NCBI GenBank assembly: GCA_005878665.1
Contig: VBLR01000114.1
Coordinates: forward strand, 3,945-67,944
Length of the DNA: 64,000 nt
Reading direction: 5' to 3'
DNA from: Methanobacteriota archaeon
GTDB taxonomy: Archaea > Thermoplasmatota > Thermoplasmata > RBG-16-68-12
Shown here: positions 46,641 to 56,521 of the stretch, one piece after another
How positions within the stretch are numbered: the first letter of the stretch is position 1
How the letters are laid out: every line of letters begins with the position of its first letter
Notes under the pieces: model-generated
What the model saw: the letters and a program-made list of their open reading frames with translations, nothing else
The model's database searches: none
What the model was told of the DNA's origin: nothing
Program-made: the position numbers and the translations under genes

Positions 46641-47243
46641 GTGGGACGGAGGCCTGCGCTGCTCGTCGTCGATATCCAGAACGATTTCTGCCCCGGTGGG
46701 GCGCTCGGCGTGCCCGGCGGCGACGAGATTATTCCGCGGGTGAACCGGACCGTCGCGCTCTTCGAACGCCGCCATCGCCCCGTTCTCTTCACGCGGGACT
46801 GGCACCCGCGGGAGACGAAGCACTTCAAGGAGTTTGGCGGGGCCTGGCCCGCCCACTGCATCCAAGGGACGAAAGGCGCCCGATTCCATCCGGACCTCCA
46901 GCTGCCCGCGGGATCCCTGATCCTCTCGAAGGGAATGGATCCGGAGCAAGATTCGTATTCGGCCTTCCAGGCCTTCACCGATCGGGGCCGAGATCTCGAG
47001 TCGACCTTGCTCGAGCTCGATGTGGACGAACTGTTCATCTGCGGCCTCGCGACGGACTACTGTGTGCGCGCGACGACACTCGACGGTCTCCGGCGCGGAC
47101 TTGCCATCCGCGTCCTTCGCGACGCGATTCGCGGTGTGGATCTGAAACCCGGCGATTCGGAAATGGCAATCAAAGAAATGCGCGTGAATGGCGCCCATTT
47201 TTCGGAGAGTCGCGGATTGGCGAGACTGTTGCCTAGAGTTTGA
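46641..47243 (+). CDS. pncA: Isochorismatase-family hydrolase (nicotinamidase/pyrazinamidase-like)
   Basis: LLVVDIQNDFCPGGAL with the catalytic Cys in ICGLATDYCV. D-K-C triad pattern. Confidence 0.8.
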   Translation: MGRRPALLVVDIQNDFCPGGALGVPGGDEIIPRVNRTVALFERRHRPVLFTRDWHPRETKHFKEFGGAWPAHCIQGTKGARFHPDLQLPAGSLILSKGMDPEQDSYSAFQAFTDRGRDLESTLLELDVDELFICGLATDYCVRATTLDGLRRGLAIRVLRDAIRGVDLKPGDSEMAIKEMRVNGAHFSESRGLARLLPRV

Positions 47244-47374
47244 ATCTCTCCATGACCGCCGTCACCTGAAGGCGGCGAACCGTTGAAATAGACGGCGTGG
47301 GTTCATTCGACGTCGGTGGCGCGCGCGTTCGACTAGGAGGCCGCGGACCGCGGAAGACGAACTCTTGCGGGGGT

Positions 47375-47698
47375 ATGGAAATGGCTGGCAAAGCGAAGTC
47401 GGGCGGGGTTGGAGAGGGTACGCGCGAGCATCCGTGGCATCTCAAGACGCCGAGCGGAACGTCGGAGTTTCTGGCGTTCCGTGACGAGACGCTCGATCCG
47501 CCCGCGCTTGTCGTCAAGTCCGGGAGCACGGAACTCCGATATCACCTCCGGTGCATCAACGACCTGCATTCGATGCTCAAGTCTCGCGGCGATTGGATGC
47601 CTCTCGGGAGTGCGGACGAGCAGAAGCCGGCGGCGGAAGGAACCATCGAGGCCTGGGGTCGGTCCCCGAAGAATCCGGTCGGCGGTGGTACGGATTGA
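47375..47698 (+). CDS. Hypothetical protein
   Basis: 107 aa from ATG 47375 (MEMAGKAKSG...HPWHLKTPSGTSEF...). A downstream +1-frame ORF (47551..47808) overlaps its 3' end. See findings. Confidence 0.35.
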   Translation: MEMAGKAKSGGVGEGTREHPWHLKTPSGTSEFLAFRDETLDPPALVVKSGSTELRYHLRCINDLHSMLKSRGDWMPLGSADEQKPAAEGTIEAWGRSPKNPVGGGTD

Positions 47699-47911
47699 AG
47701 AAAGGACTCCGCGGGCGATTCGGCATGTACGTGCCCCCGGTCCTGGAAATTCTCCGCCTGGCCGAAGTCGAACACAACCCGAAGAACAACCGGATGAAGG
47801 CGTTGTAGCCGGCCTTCCCGCACGCTCTCAGATCGCTCGCCTCTCATGAGCGGTGATCGAGCCCTGCGGTCCGATTGGAAGTCTCCTCTCCGTCAACGCC
47901 GACGAACCGTC

Positions 47912-47922
47912 TGGACAGTACG
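47912..47922 (+). promoter_or_regulatory. Strong TATA-like box (CGTTTAAATAAC) upstream of RHH-ftsZ pair
   Basis: The nearest TTTAAATA to consensus in the window. The RHH ATG lies ~75 nt downstream. Confidence 0.45.
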
Positions 47923-47994
47923 TTTAAATAACGCGGTTGCCATACGATTGTCAGACAAAATTACCCAAGACGTCGGACGCGGACTGGGGTCCAT

Positions 47995-48312
47995 ATGCCA
48001 TCGGAATCCGAGCGGGTGACGATCCGAATTCCCCCGGACAAGATCAAGGCGCTGCATCAGCTGGTCAAGAGCGGCGACTTCACGACGATCTCCGACGCGA
48101 TTCGCGCGGCGATCGACCGCTTCATCGACGTGAAATTCGCGCCGGACTACATCCGCAAGCTCATGATCGAACTGCCGAAGGGGAACGTCGTGGATCTCCA
48201 GCAGCTCGTGAAATCGGGTGATTCGGTGTCCGTGGAGGACGCGGTCCGCAACGCGGTCCGGGAGTATGTCCGACGTCGGCTCCACAAGGCCATAGAAGGG
48301 GCCGAGCGATAG
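47995..48312 (+). CDS. Tandem ribbon-helix-helix (CopG-like) DNA-binding protein
   Basis: 105 aa with two RHH units (RVTIRIPPDKIKALHQLVKSGDFTTISDAIRAAI and NVVDLQQLVKSGDSVSVEDAVRNAV). Confidence 0.65.
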   Translation: MPSESERVTIRIPPDKIKALHQLVKSGDFTTISDAIRAAIDRFIDVKFAPDYIRKLMIELPKGNVVDLQQLVKSGDSVSVEDAVRNAVREYVRRRLHKAIEGAER

Positions 48313-48317
48313 TCGAC

Positions 48318-49478
48318 GTGGCGGGAACGCGCGACCCCTCAGGCGCGCGAGCAGGGCGGTTCTCCCCAGGGCCGTTCGGGATGGAATCAGGGATGGGCCT
48401 CGACACGGCGCAGCGCACCGGAAACCGGTCGTTCCTCGACTCGTTTGGCTTCGCCCGCCCGAAGGTCTTAGTGATCGGATGCGGCGGCGCGGGCGGCAAC
48501 TCCGTCCATCGTCTTCACCGCATGGGGATCCGCGGAGCCCGAACGGTGGTCGTGAACACGGACGCGGTGCACCTCGATTCGATTCAGGCAGACCGCAAAC
48601 TCCTGATCGGCGGGGGCGTGACCCATGGAATGGGGGCGGGCGGGCGGCCGGAAATCGGCGAACGTTGCGCCGAGATCTCGGAGCAAGAACTCCGGAACCA
48701 GATCGGTGATGCGGACCTCACGTTCATCACGGTCGGCCTGGGCGGAGGCACGGGGACCGGCGTCGCGCCCCATGTGGCGGAACTCGCGCAGGCTGCCGGC
48801 AGCGTCGTGATCACCTTGGCGACGACCCCGTTCCGAGCCGAACGTGGCCGGATGGCGAACGCACGCGCGGGTATCCAACGCCTCCGGGACCGAACGGATT
48901 CACTGATCCTCCTCGATAATAACCGCTTGCTGGACCTCGTCCCGAATCTCCCGGTCGAGCAGGCCTTTGCCGTCATGGACCATCTGATCGGCGAAGTGGT
49001 CAAGGGCATCACCGAATCGATCACGGTCCCTTCGCTGATCAACCTGGACTTCAGCGACGTGCGCACGATCCTTCAATCGGGCGGCACCTCCACGGTCTTC
49101 TACGGGGAGAACGAGGACCACGACCCGGATCGGCTCGTTCGAGACACCCTTGACAACCCGCTCCTCGAGGTCGACTACCGCGGGGCGAACGGCGCGCTCA
49201 TCCACATCAGCGCCGGCCCGGGCCTCCCGCTCCGCACGGCGCACGAGGTCGTCGAGGGCTTGACGGCCGCGATGCGCCCCGAAGCGAACGTCATCTTCGG
49301 GGTCCGGGTTGATCGGAAGTACCGCGGGATCCTGCGAGTCCTCGTGATCATGACAGGGGTTCGATCGCCGCTCGCGGAGGCGGTGAGCGAATCGGTTTCA
49401 ATCGCGGACGTCGTCTCGGAGGGGGGCTCGCGACGAACGGTCGAGAACGAGTTTCCTCCGACGAACCGCCGGCGCTAA
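48318..49478 (+). CDS. ftsZ: Cell division GTPase FtsZ
   Basis: Canonical T1 (VIGCGGAGGN), T4 (GLGGGTGTGVAP) and T7 (NLDFSDV) loops. The start is ATG 48318, 6 nt after the RHH stop, or ATG 48381. Confidence 0.9.
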   Translation: MAGTRDPSGARAGRFSPGPFGMESGMGLDTAQRTGNRSFLDSFGFARPKVLVIGCGGAGGNSVHRLHRMGIRGARTVVVNTDAVHLDSIQADRKLLIGGGVTHGMGAGGRPEIGERCAEISEQELRNQIGDADLTFITVGLGGGTGTGVAPHVAELAQAAGSVVITLATTPFRAERGRMANARAGIQRLRDRTDSLILLDNNRLLDLVPNLPVEQAFAVMDHLIGEVVKGITESITVPSLINLDFSDVRTILQSGGTSTVFYGENEDHDPDRLVRDTLDNPLLEVDYRGANGALIHISAGPGLPLRTAHEVVEGLTAAMRPEANVIFGVRVDRKYRGILRVLVIMTGVRSPLAEAVSESVSIADVVSEGGSRRTVENEFPPTNRRR

Positions 49479-49480
49479 TC

Positions 49481-50167
49481 TCACCGGGCGGGAGGCGGCG
49501 GTAGCATGGCCACGGAAGGTGCGTCTTCTTCCATCGCCTGGGCCAAGTGCTTCGGCTTGAGGCGAACGCGAATCGTCTCGGGTTTCGGCTTGATCATGTT
49601 CCATCCGGCCCGGGTCACGGCCCCACCGACCATCGCGAGGACGACGTACATCCCGAACGTCAGGAACGTGATGGCGACCGGCTGCAGAATGCCGCCCAAA
49701 TCGAAGTTGAGCTGGAGGCCCGCGGTTGGGTCCCCTAGGCTGTCGCCCGAACGAGTTTGCATGGGCACCGCTTCGACCTGAGCGACGGCGCGACTTTCCT
49801 TTCCGTTGCCGTCGCTGATGATCAGGCTGACTTGATAGACGCTCGCATTCGCGTACGTGTGAGGGCCGGGATTCCGGCCTTGGACGCGGGTCCCGTCCCC
49901 GAAGTTCCAATCCCATGACGCGATCGCGACGTCTCCTTGTCGGGATGTGTCTTGGACGGTCGTCGTGTTCGAGCCGTTTGTGTCCCAGGTGAAGGACGCG
50001 CTTGGGCCCTGGGGAGTCTGCTGCGGGAACTGGCCTCGGAAGAAGTCTCCCGGAGCCGTCGCGATGGTCAGCGCGTGGGAAAAGGTGAACAGCAGAAGGC
50101 CCAAACCGAGGGCGAGGACGCCGATTCCGATGAGGAGCTCCGCGTGCTCCCGCCTGAGGAGGGCCAT
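49481..50167 (-). CDS. Membrane protein with extracytoplasmic PKD domain
   Basis: An N-terminal TM helix is followed by a PKD-like signature (WDWNFGDGT...HTY...YQVSLIISDGNG) and 2 C-terminal TM helices. Confidence 0.6.
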   Translation of the reverse strand: MALLRREHAELLIGIGVLALGLGLLLFTFSHALTIATAPGDFFRGQFPQQTPQGPSASFTWDTNGSNTTTVQDTSRQGDVAIASWDWNFGDGTRVQGRNPGPHTYANASVYQVSLIISDGNGKESRAVAQVEAVPMQTRSGDSLGDPTAGLQLNFDLGGILQPVAITFLTFGMYVVLAMVGGAVTRAGWNMIKPKPETIRVRLKPKHLAQAMEEDAPSVAMLPPPPAR

Positions 50168-50241
50168 CGGCGCGCTCGATGGGGGCGAGGTCCATAAAGC
50201 CGGGAGTTTTGGTTCTCAAGTTCGAGAAAGGAGAATACTTG

Positions 50242-52140
50242 TTACCCTCGAAAGACCGGACGGGCGCTCAACAGTGCCGGTTCCGCCAACGGCCGGAATG
50301 GGAGGCCTTTTGTCTCGGCGAGGATCCGCTTTCGGAGGACGTCGACTGACATCTCCGTCTGCTCTTTCGTCTCCCGCACCCGGACGTTGAGGGTCCCGCT
50401 GTCGATTTCCTGCTTCCCAATCACTGCGATGTACGGAACCCATTCCTTCTCCGCGGTCCGGATTTTCTTCGAGAGCGTGTCGCCCGAGTCGTCGAGGTCG
50501 GCGCGCACATCGGGGAGGCGGTCGAGCAAGGTTCGGGCATAGTCAAGCTGGTCGGCGCTCACGGGGACGATCCGGACTTGAGTCGGCGAGAGCCAGACCG
50601 GGAGCATCGCCGTCTTGCCGGCCTTCGCCGCCGCGGCGGCCTTCTCCAGGAGCGCATAGAGCACCCGTTCGACCGCGCCGCTCGGGGAGAGATGCAGGAT
50701 GAGCGGGTGGCGTTTCTTGCCCGCTTCGTCCGTGAACGTGATGCCGAATCGTTCCGCGTTCTCCGTGTCGATTTGGTCCGTCGTGAGGGCCGCGGCCTTG
50801 TCGTTCGCGTCGACGAAATTCCATTCATACTTCATGACGAAGTAAAAGAACTGGTCGGACCACATCTCGACGAGGATCGGCTTGCCCCATCGCTTCGCGT
50901 AGGCGGCGACGAAATCCTTGTTCGCATCCCAGAACGCCTTCGTCACGCGCATCCCGACTTCGAAATCGTCCGGCATCGAAAGGCCGCAGTCCTCGAGGAG
51001 ATTCCATGCGACCTCGAAGCGGACCATGAATTCCTCCTTCGCCATCTCGACATCGGACACGAGGGCGTGGCAGTCCGGCATCGTGAACGCCCGCAGCCGA
51101 CGAAGGCCGGCGACCTCGCCGCGCTGTTCCGCGCGGAACGAATACCTCGTTAGCTCGTATAGGGAGAGGGGGAGCTGCTTGTACGAGATCACCATGTCCT
51201 TCATGATCAGGAACTGTCCGAAGCACGCGCTGAACCGCAGGAACGCCCGCTTGTTCGGCGTCAGGACGACGTACTGCCGGGCGGGGAAGCGCTCCAGATA
51301 CGACTTCAGCGCGGGGTGCTCGAAGTCGTACATGACGGGGCACTCGACTTCCATTGTGCCGTACTCCCGGAGCCGTTCCGTGACGAACTCTTCCAAGAGG
51401 CCTTTGATCAACCGACCTTTCGGATAGTACCGCAGGTTCCCGGGATCGGACCCGGGTTCGTAGTCGACGAGTTCGAGCTCCCGCATGAGCCGGACGTGGG
51501 GCGGCTCCTCCTTCGCCTCCCGCGACTTCGCCATCTCGTACGTCGCGAACCGCCGAAGCCGGTCGTGGCCCTCGAAATGGAAACCGCTCACCTTGCCGTC
51601 TTTGATGGAGAGGTGATGGACCGCGCCGTTCGGCTCGAGGATGTGCCAGTGCGAGACGAGCTTCGCCTCCGCCTTCACCGCAGTGGAGAGCTCTTCCTTG
51701 CCCTCGGCGGTCGCATCGGCGACGATCTCGCGGGACAGCTCGCTGAGCGGGTGGCCCTTCACCGCGACTCGGAAGGACTTGTAGTATCCGAATGGGGAGG
51801 CGTGGACGTCTAGGCCTTGGGCGACGAGTTCCTTTTCGAGGGAGGCGATCAGTTCTTGCGCGGGGCCCGGCGCGGCGAGGGACGAACTCAGGTGGGCGTA
51901 GGGATAGAGGACGATCCGCTTCGTCCGGACCTGGCCCGCGACGTCGACGATATTCGCGGCCGCGGCGTTCGCGACCCCAGCGAGATTCGTCTCGTCGCGT
52001 TTCTCCGCACTGATGAAGCACACGAGGGCCTCTTCGATCCGACCATGCCGTTTCGATTGCGAGACGTCGGGGACGCCTTTGAGCGCCTTCTCCCTCACCT
52101 CGTACTCGAGGTAATCCACATGGAGGAACAGGATCCGCAT
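50242..52140 (-). CDS. thrS: Threonyl-tRNA synthetase (archaeal type with N-terminal editing domain)
   Basis: MRILFLHVDY... archaeal editing-domain N-terminus, class II catalytic core and anticodon-binding domain. Start at the in-frame Met encoded at 52140. Confidence 0.85.
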   Translation of the reverse strand: MRILFLHVDYLEYEVREKALKGVPDVSQSKRHGRIEEALVCFISAEKRDETNLAGVANAAAANIVDVAGQVRTKRIVLYPYAHLSSSLAAPGPAQELIASLEKELVAQGLDVHASPFGYYKSFRVAVKGHPLSELSREIVADATAEGKEELSTAVKAEAKLVSHWHILEPNGAVHHLSIKDGKVSGFHFEGHDRLRRFATYEMAKSREAKEEPPHVRLMRELELVDYEPGSDPGNLRYYPKGRLIKGLLEEFVTERLREYGTMEVECPVMYDFEHPALKSYLERFPARQYVVLTPNKRAFLRFSACFGQFLIMKDMVISYKQLPLSLYELTRYSFRAEQRGEVAGLRRLRAFTMPDCHALVSDVEMAKEEFMVRFEVAWNLLEDCGLSMPDDFEVGMRVTKAFWDANKDFVAAYAKRWGKPILVEMWSDQFFYFVMKYEWNFVDANDKAAALTTDQIDTENAERFGITFTDEAGKKRHPLILHLSPSGAVERVLYALLEKAAAAAKAGKTAMLPVWLSPTQVRIVPVSADQLDYARTLLDRLPDVRADLDDSGDTLSKKIRTAEKEWVPYIAVIGKQEIDSGTLNVRVRETKEQTEMSVDVLRKRILAETKGLPFRPLAEPALLSARPVFRG

Positions 52141-52161
52141 GGCCGCCCGCTTATCGTTCGG

Positions 52162-52172
52162 AGGTATAAAGC
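52162..52172. promoter_or_regulatory. TATA-like box (GAGGTATAAAG) between divergent thrS and folP
   Basis: About 25 nt upstream of the thrS start on the minus strand and ~60 nt upstream of the folP ATG. Confidence 0.35.
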
Positions 52173-52226
52173 TCCTGCCGGACCGTCGCACATCGTGAAA
52201 TAGGAATCCGCCGTTGTTCGTCCGAA

Positions 52227-53078
52227 ATGGCGGACGCCGCGAAGGTCTGGCGCCATCGGACGGGGGAGATCCGCCTCGACCGGACGCGCGTGATGGGGAT
52301 CCTCAATATCACCCCGGATTCGTTCTCCGATGGCGGGCGCTACTTCAATCCGGATGGAGCCATCCGCCATGGCCTCGAGATGGTGGAACACGGGGCCGAC
52401 CTCCTCGACGTGGGCGGCGAATCGACTCGACCCGGATCGGATCCCGTGTCGGCGGACGAAGAGTGGCGTCGGATCGGTCCGGTGATCCGCGACCTCGCCG
52501 CCAAGGTGGACGTGCCGTTGTCCGTCGATACGATGAAGCCCGAGGTGGCCGCGAAGGCGATTCACGCCGGCGCCTCCATCGTGAACGATGTCTCTGGAAT
52601 GCGGGAGCCGTCCATGGTGCGCGTCGTCGCCAGCAGCCGTGTCGGAGCCGTCGTGATGCACATGCTCGGCAATCCAAAGACGATGCAGGCCCACCCCCAA
52701 TACGACGATGTCGTTGGGGAGGTCCGCTCGTTCCTATCGGAGCGGATTCGGTTTCTCGAAGCCGCGGGCGTCCCTTCGGAGGCGGTCGCGGTGGATCCCG
52801 GAATCGGGTTTGGGAAGACCCAAGAGCACAACCTCGCTCTCCTCCGGAACCTTGATCAGATCGGGGCGCTCGGCCACCCGGTCGTGGTCGGCGTCTCGAG
52901 GAAATCGTTCATCGAGCGACTCGGCGGAGGGGAGTCCGGCGACCGTCTGCCGGGGAGTCTCGCGGCGGCCTCGCTGGCGGTGGTGAAGGGGGCCCACGTG
53001 GTCCGAGTCCACGATGTCCGCGAGACGGTCCGGGCGATGCGCGTGGCCGACGCGCTGGCTCGCGGTGAAAAGCTTTAA
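52227..53078 (+). CDS. folP: Dihydropteroate synthase (pterin-binding DHPS family)
   Basis: GILNITPDSFSDGG, DVGGESTRPG and the SVDT pterin-binding motifs. Confidence 0.85.
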   Translation: MADAAKVWRHRTGEIRLDRTRVMGILNITPDSFSDGGRYFNPDGAIRHGLEMVEHGADLLDVGGESTRPGSDPVSADEEWRRIGPVIRDLAAKVDVPLSVDTMKPEVAAKAIHAGASIVNDVSGMREPSMVRVVASSRVGAVVMHMLGNPKTMQAHPQYDDVVGEVRSFLSERIRFLEAAGVPSEAVAVDPGIGFGKTQEHNLALLRNLDQIGALGHPVVVGVSRKSFIERLGGGESGDRLPGSLAAASLAVVKGAHVVRVHDVRETVRAMRVADALARGEKL

Positions 53079-53101
53079 CCATTGAAACGATTCGTATCGT
53101 A

Positions 53102-54166
53102 ATGGTAACTCGGAAGGCCATCGCGTCGCTCCTCGAGGACTACGAGGACATCGTGGTCGCGACGGTCTGTTCGCATTCCTCGCTTCAGATTTTTCACGGC
53201 GCTCGGCAGGAGGGCTTCCGGACTCTCGGCATCGCGATCGGCCAACGGCCTCGGTTCTACGACGCCTTCCCTCTTGCGAAGCCCGACGAGTTTCTGATTG
53301 TCGATTCGTACGCCGATATCCTCGACCAAGCGGACGATCTGGTCGCTCGGCAGGCCGTGACCGTCCCGCACGGATCGTTCGTGGAGTACATGGGAGCGGA
53401 AGTGTTCGCGAAGCTGCGCATTCCGACCTTCGGAAATCGCGAGGTGCTCCGGTGGGAGTCGGACCGCGAGAAGCAACGGGAGTGGCTGACCTCGGCGGGC
53501 GTCCCGATGCCGCAGAAGATCGAGCACCCGAAGGACATCGATCGGCCGGTATTCGTGAAGTACTACGGGGCCAAAGGAGGCCGCGGCTCCTTCATCGCGA
53601 AGAACTACGAGGACTTCAAAGAGTCGATTCAGCCGGGAATGAAATTCGCGATTCAGGAGTATGTCGTCGGGACGCGGTACTACATTCACTACTTCTACTC
53701 GCCCTTCGCGACGGCCGGCTACATGCTCTCGAAGGGGGCGCTCGAGATGCTCGGGGTGGACCGGAGGGACGAGGCGAACATCGACGAAATGTACAAGCTC
53801 GGGGCCCAGGAAGCATTGCGGAAGATGGGGCTCCTCCCGACGTTCGTCGTGACGGGCAACATGCCGGTCGTCTTGCGGGAATCGCTCCTGCCGAAGGCGT
53901 TCGAGATGGGCGAGCGGGCCGTGGAGCGCTCGATTGCCTTGTTCGGCGGGATGATCGGACCATTCTGTCTGGAGACGATCGTGTCAGACAAGCTCGAATT
54001 CAAGGTATTCGAGATCTCCACGCGGATCGTCGCGGGGACGAACCTGTTCGTTGGCGGGTCGCCGTACGCCGATCTCCAAGAGCCGGGGATGTCGACGGGC
54101 CGCCGCATCGCGAGGGAGATCCGGATTGCTCAGAAACAAGGACGCCTGGTGGACATCCTCAGTTGA
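53102..54166 (+). CDS. purP: 5-formaminoimidazole-4-carboxamide ribonucleotide (FAICAR) synthetase PurP (ATP-grasp)
   Basis: The archaeal PurP N-terminus (IATVCSHSSLQIFHGARQEGF) is followed by an ATP-grasp pattern. Confidence 0.8.
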   Translation: MVTRKAIASLLEDYEDIVVATVCSHSSLQIFHGARQEGFRTLGIAIGQRPRFYDAFPLAKPDEFLIVDSYADILDQADDLVARQAVTVPHGSFVEYMGAEVFAKLRIPTFGNREVLRWESDREKQREWLTSAGVPMPQKIEHPKDIDRPVFVKYYGAKGGRGSFIAKNYEDFKESIQPGMKFAIQEYVVGTRYYIHYFYSPFATAGYMLSKGALEMLGVDRRDEANIDEMYKLGAQEALRKMGLLPTFVVTGNMPVVLRESLLPKAFEMGERAVERSIALFGGMIGPFCLETIVSDKLEFKVFEISTRIVAGTNLFVGGSPYADLQEPGMSTGRRIAREIRIAQKQGRLVDILS

Positions 54167-54253
54167 GAGAATCGCGGGCAGGCTACCACGAAATCATCCC
54201 AGAAAAGAGAGGGGAAACGCTTTTATGGCTTCGCCCAGCATGCGCGGCCAACT

Positions 54254-55090
54254 ATGGCCGACGACGCGGTGACCGTCGCGGTTGTCCTCCTCCTGGTTTC
54301 GCTCGGCATCGCGACCTTCCTCGAGACCCGCTACCTTCGAAAGAAGATGAAGAACCGTCGCGTCCGGACCGCGAAGCGCGACGACGAGGTCCAGGACAAC
54401 GCGCACAACGCAATCATCACGACGAAGGCCATCATGTCGAGCCTCGAGCTTCAGGGGATCCGTAGCGCGGAGGCCGACGCGTGGCTCCAAGAAGCCCAGA
54501 CCGCGAACGCGCGGCACAACTACCGGGTGGCAATGGACCTGACCTCGAAGGCGAAGGAGAGGCTGCTCGCGCTCAAGGCGGCGCAGGCGTCGAAGGGAGA
54601 TCTGGCGAAGCTCGATCGACTCTCCGCCGGCGCTTCGACGGACGAGATGACCACGAAGGAGATGTTGCAGAAGGAGATCCCGCCGCACATGCTCGAGTCG
54701 AAGTTCTCCATCGAGGTCGCCGGGATCGCGGTGGAACAAGGTCGCCTCGACGGGCGCGATGTGTCTCAGGCGACGGAGCTGTTAGAGTCCGCGAAGAATC
54801 GATTCGATGCGAAAGACTACGCCGCAGCGTTTTCGATCGCGCGGCAGTCGAAGCGTGCCGCTGCGGGGGAGCACGTCGACGTGTCCATCCCTGTGCCCGC
54901 CTCGCCGACGATTTCGACGCCCGGTGGCCGTCCGTGTCCGTCGTGTGGGGTCGCGCTCGAGGCAGATGACATGTTCTGTCGCAAGTGCGGTACACGCCTG
55001 ATGGCGGCAGCCGCGTGCCCCTCGTGCGGCGCGACTCTCCTTTCCGATGATGCGTTTTGTCCGAAGTGTGGCACGGCCGTTCGACAATGA
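54254..55090 (+). CDS. Membrane-anchored protein with C-terminal double zinc ribbon
   Basis: An N-terminal TM helix, a helical Ala/Lys-rich region, then CPSCG...CRKCG...CPSCG...CPKCG. Confidence 0.55.
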   Translation: MADDAVTVAVVLLLVSLGIATFLETRYLRKKMKNRRVRTAKRDDEVQDNAHNAIITTKAIMSSLELQGIRSAEADAWLQEAQTANARHNYRVAMDLTSKAKERLLALKAAQASKGDLAKLDRLSAGASTDEMTTKEMLQKEIPPHMLESKFSIEVAGIAVEQGRLDGRDVSQATELLESAKNRFDAKDYAAAFSIARQSKRAAAGEHVDVSIPVPASPTISTPGGRPCPSCGVALEADDMFCRKCGTRLMAAAACPSCGATLLSDDAFCPKCGTAVRQ

Positions 55091-55146
55091 GGCTCGAGCG
55101 CGCCGCGGATAAACCTTAATTACGATGGCGTCCCATCCCACGCTCT

Positions 55147-55467
55147 ATGGCGATCGGAAGCGACATGGAACAAGCCCTCACCGCCCTCTACGGGGAGGAC
55201 CAAGTCGCTGCCGTCATCACGCTGAAAGTGGACACGAAAGAGGCGGACCGTATCGCCACAGAAATCGCGAAGTTCGAGGTGATCCAAGACGTCTTCCTTG
55301 TGACGGGGGACACGGACATCATCGCGAAAGCGCGGTTCAAGAACTATAAGGGGCTGAAGGACTTCGTCCTGTCGAACCTCGCCCCGATTCCGGGAATCAA
55401 GGACACGAAGACCCTGATGGTCGTGACGACCTACAAGGAAGCCGGGCAGTCGAGGGCGCAAAGTTGA
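55147..55467 (+). CDS. Stand-alone Lrp/AsnC ligand-binding (RAM) domain protein
   Basis: 106 aa with the RAM-domain pattern (AAVITLKVDTKEADRIATEIAKFEVIQDVFLVTGDTDIIAKARF). Confidence 0.6.
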   Translation: MAIGSDMEQALTALYGEDQVAAVITLKVDTKEADRIATEIAKFEVIQDVFLVTGDTDIIAKARFKNYKGLKDFVLSNLAPIPGIKDTKTLMVVTTYKEAGQSRAQS

Positions 55468-55497
55468 GGGCGACGAACATCGCCGGGAGATGGCCAG

Positions 55498-55752
55498 ATG
55501 GACACCGAAGCGAGGCTGAAGCAAATCATGGACGTCCTCGACCAGATCGCGGAAGACACCTCCGTCCCCCGGAACATCCGCCGCGGGGCCGCGGAAGCGA
55601 AGGCGCGCCTCGCGAAGAAGGGTGAAGCGCTCGACCTGCGTGTCACGAGCGCCATCATGATCATGGACGATCTGGCGAACGATCCGAACATCCCGCTCCA
55701 TGGTCGGACGCTGATCTGGAACGTGATTTCTCAGCTTGAGACCGTCAAGTAG
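55498..55752 (+). CDS. UPF0147 family protein
   Basis: 84 aa (IMDVLDQIAEDTSVPRNIRRGA...IMDDLANDPNIPLHGRTLIWNVISQLE). Matches the conserved archaeal UPF0147 pattern. Confidence 0.6.
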   Translation: MDTEARLKQIMDVLDQIAEDTSVPRNIRRGAAEAKARLAKKGEALDLRVTSAIMIMDDLANDPNIPLHGRTLIWNVISQLETVK

Positions 55753-55781
55753 GCTTAACTTCGGCCCCCAGATTATCCGCC

Positions 55782-56477
55782 GTGGCTGGGCTACAGGCTC
55801 TTATTCTCCTCGTCGTCGTGCCGGCGATCGCTTGGATGATTGCGCTCTTCTCGCTGCGGTCGGTGCACGAAGAACTCGCCCAAGAGGGGCCGGACGTGAC
55901 TCAGGGGACTTCGACAGGGCGAATCCTTGTTTTCCTGGGGTACTCGGGAACGCCTGTTGTGTTCGGGATCATCTCGTACATCCTGGCCCGGCCCGTTCTC
56001 GACGCCAGCGATGCCGTCGCTAACGCAAGCGTCGTGCGATTGGAACCGCTCCTGCTTTGGGCGACGTTCGCCTTTTCGGTCGCCTCGTGCTCGACCATCG
56101 CGGCACAAACCGGGATCGTCCGAAGTCGACTCGGGGCCTTTCTCGGGTCCGGGTTCGGTCGAGTACTCCCGCTGTCCGTCGTGCCGACGACGGCGGTCGT
56201 GTTCGCGCTTGTCTTGCTACTTCTTCTCCTGGCGTACACGGACTCCGTCCTGGCGGGTGCTCCGGTCGCTTCGGATTCTGCTTTGTCCGGTGCCATCGGT
56301 AGCTTCCAGGCCTTCGCCGTAGGCACGGTCGCGTTTCCGGTTGCCGCCGGGTTCTCGAACCGAATCCGAGATCTCAGTCAGCGAGGCTTTACACGCGCGC
56401 TTTTGCTCATGGAGATTGGTGAGCTTCCGGTCCTCGTCGGGTTGGTCCAAGCTTTCCTTGCCGTGGGCTCCTTGTGA
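55782..56477 (+). CDS. Hypothetical polytopic membrane protein
   Basis: 231 aa with 6-7 hydrophobic helices. Confidence 0.5.
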   Translation: MAGLQALILLVVVPAIAWMIALFSLRSVHEELAQEGPDVTQGTSTGRILVFLGYSGTPVVFGIISYILARPVLDASDAVANASVVRLEPLLLWATFAFSVASCSTIAAQTGIVRSRLGAFLGSGFGRVLPLSVVPTTAVVFALVLLLLLLAYTDSVLAGAPVASDSALSGAIGSFQAFAVGTVAFPVAAGFSNRIRDLSQRGFTRALLLMEIGELPVLVGLVQAFLAVGSL

Positions 56478-56521
56478 CCCATACGAATTCAAAAATACTC
56501 CTGCGGTTGTGTCGCACGCGA

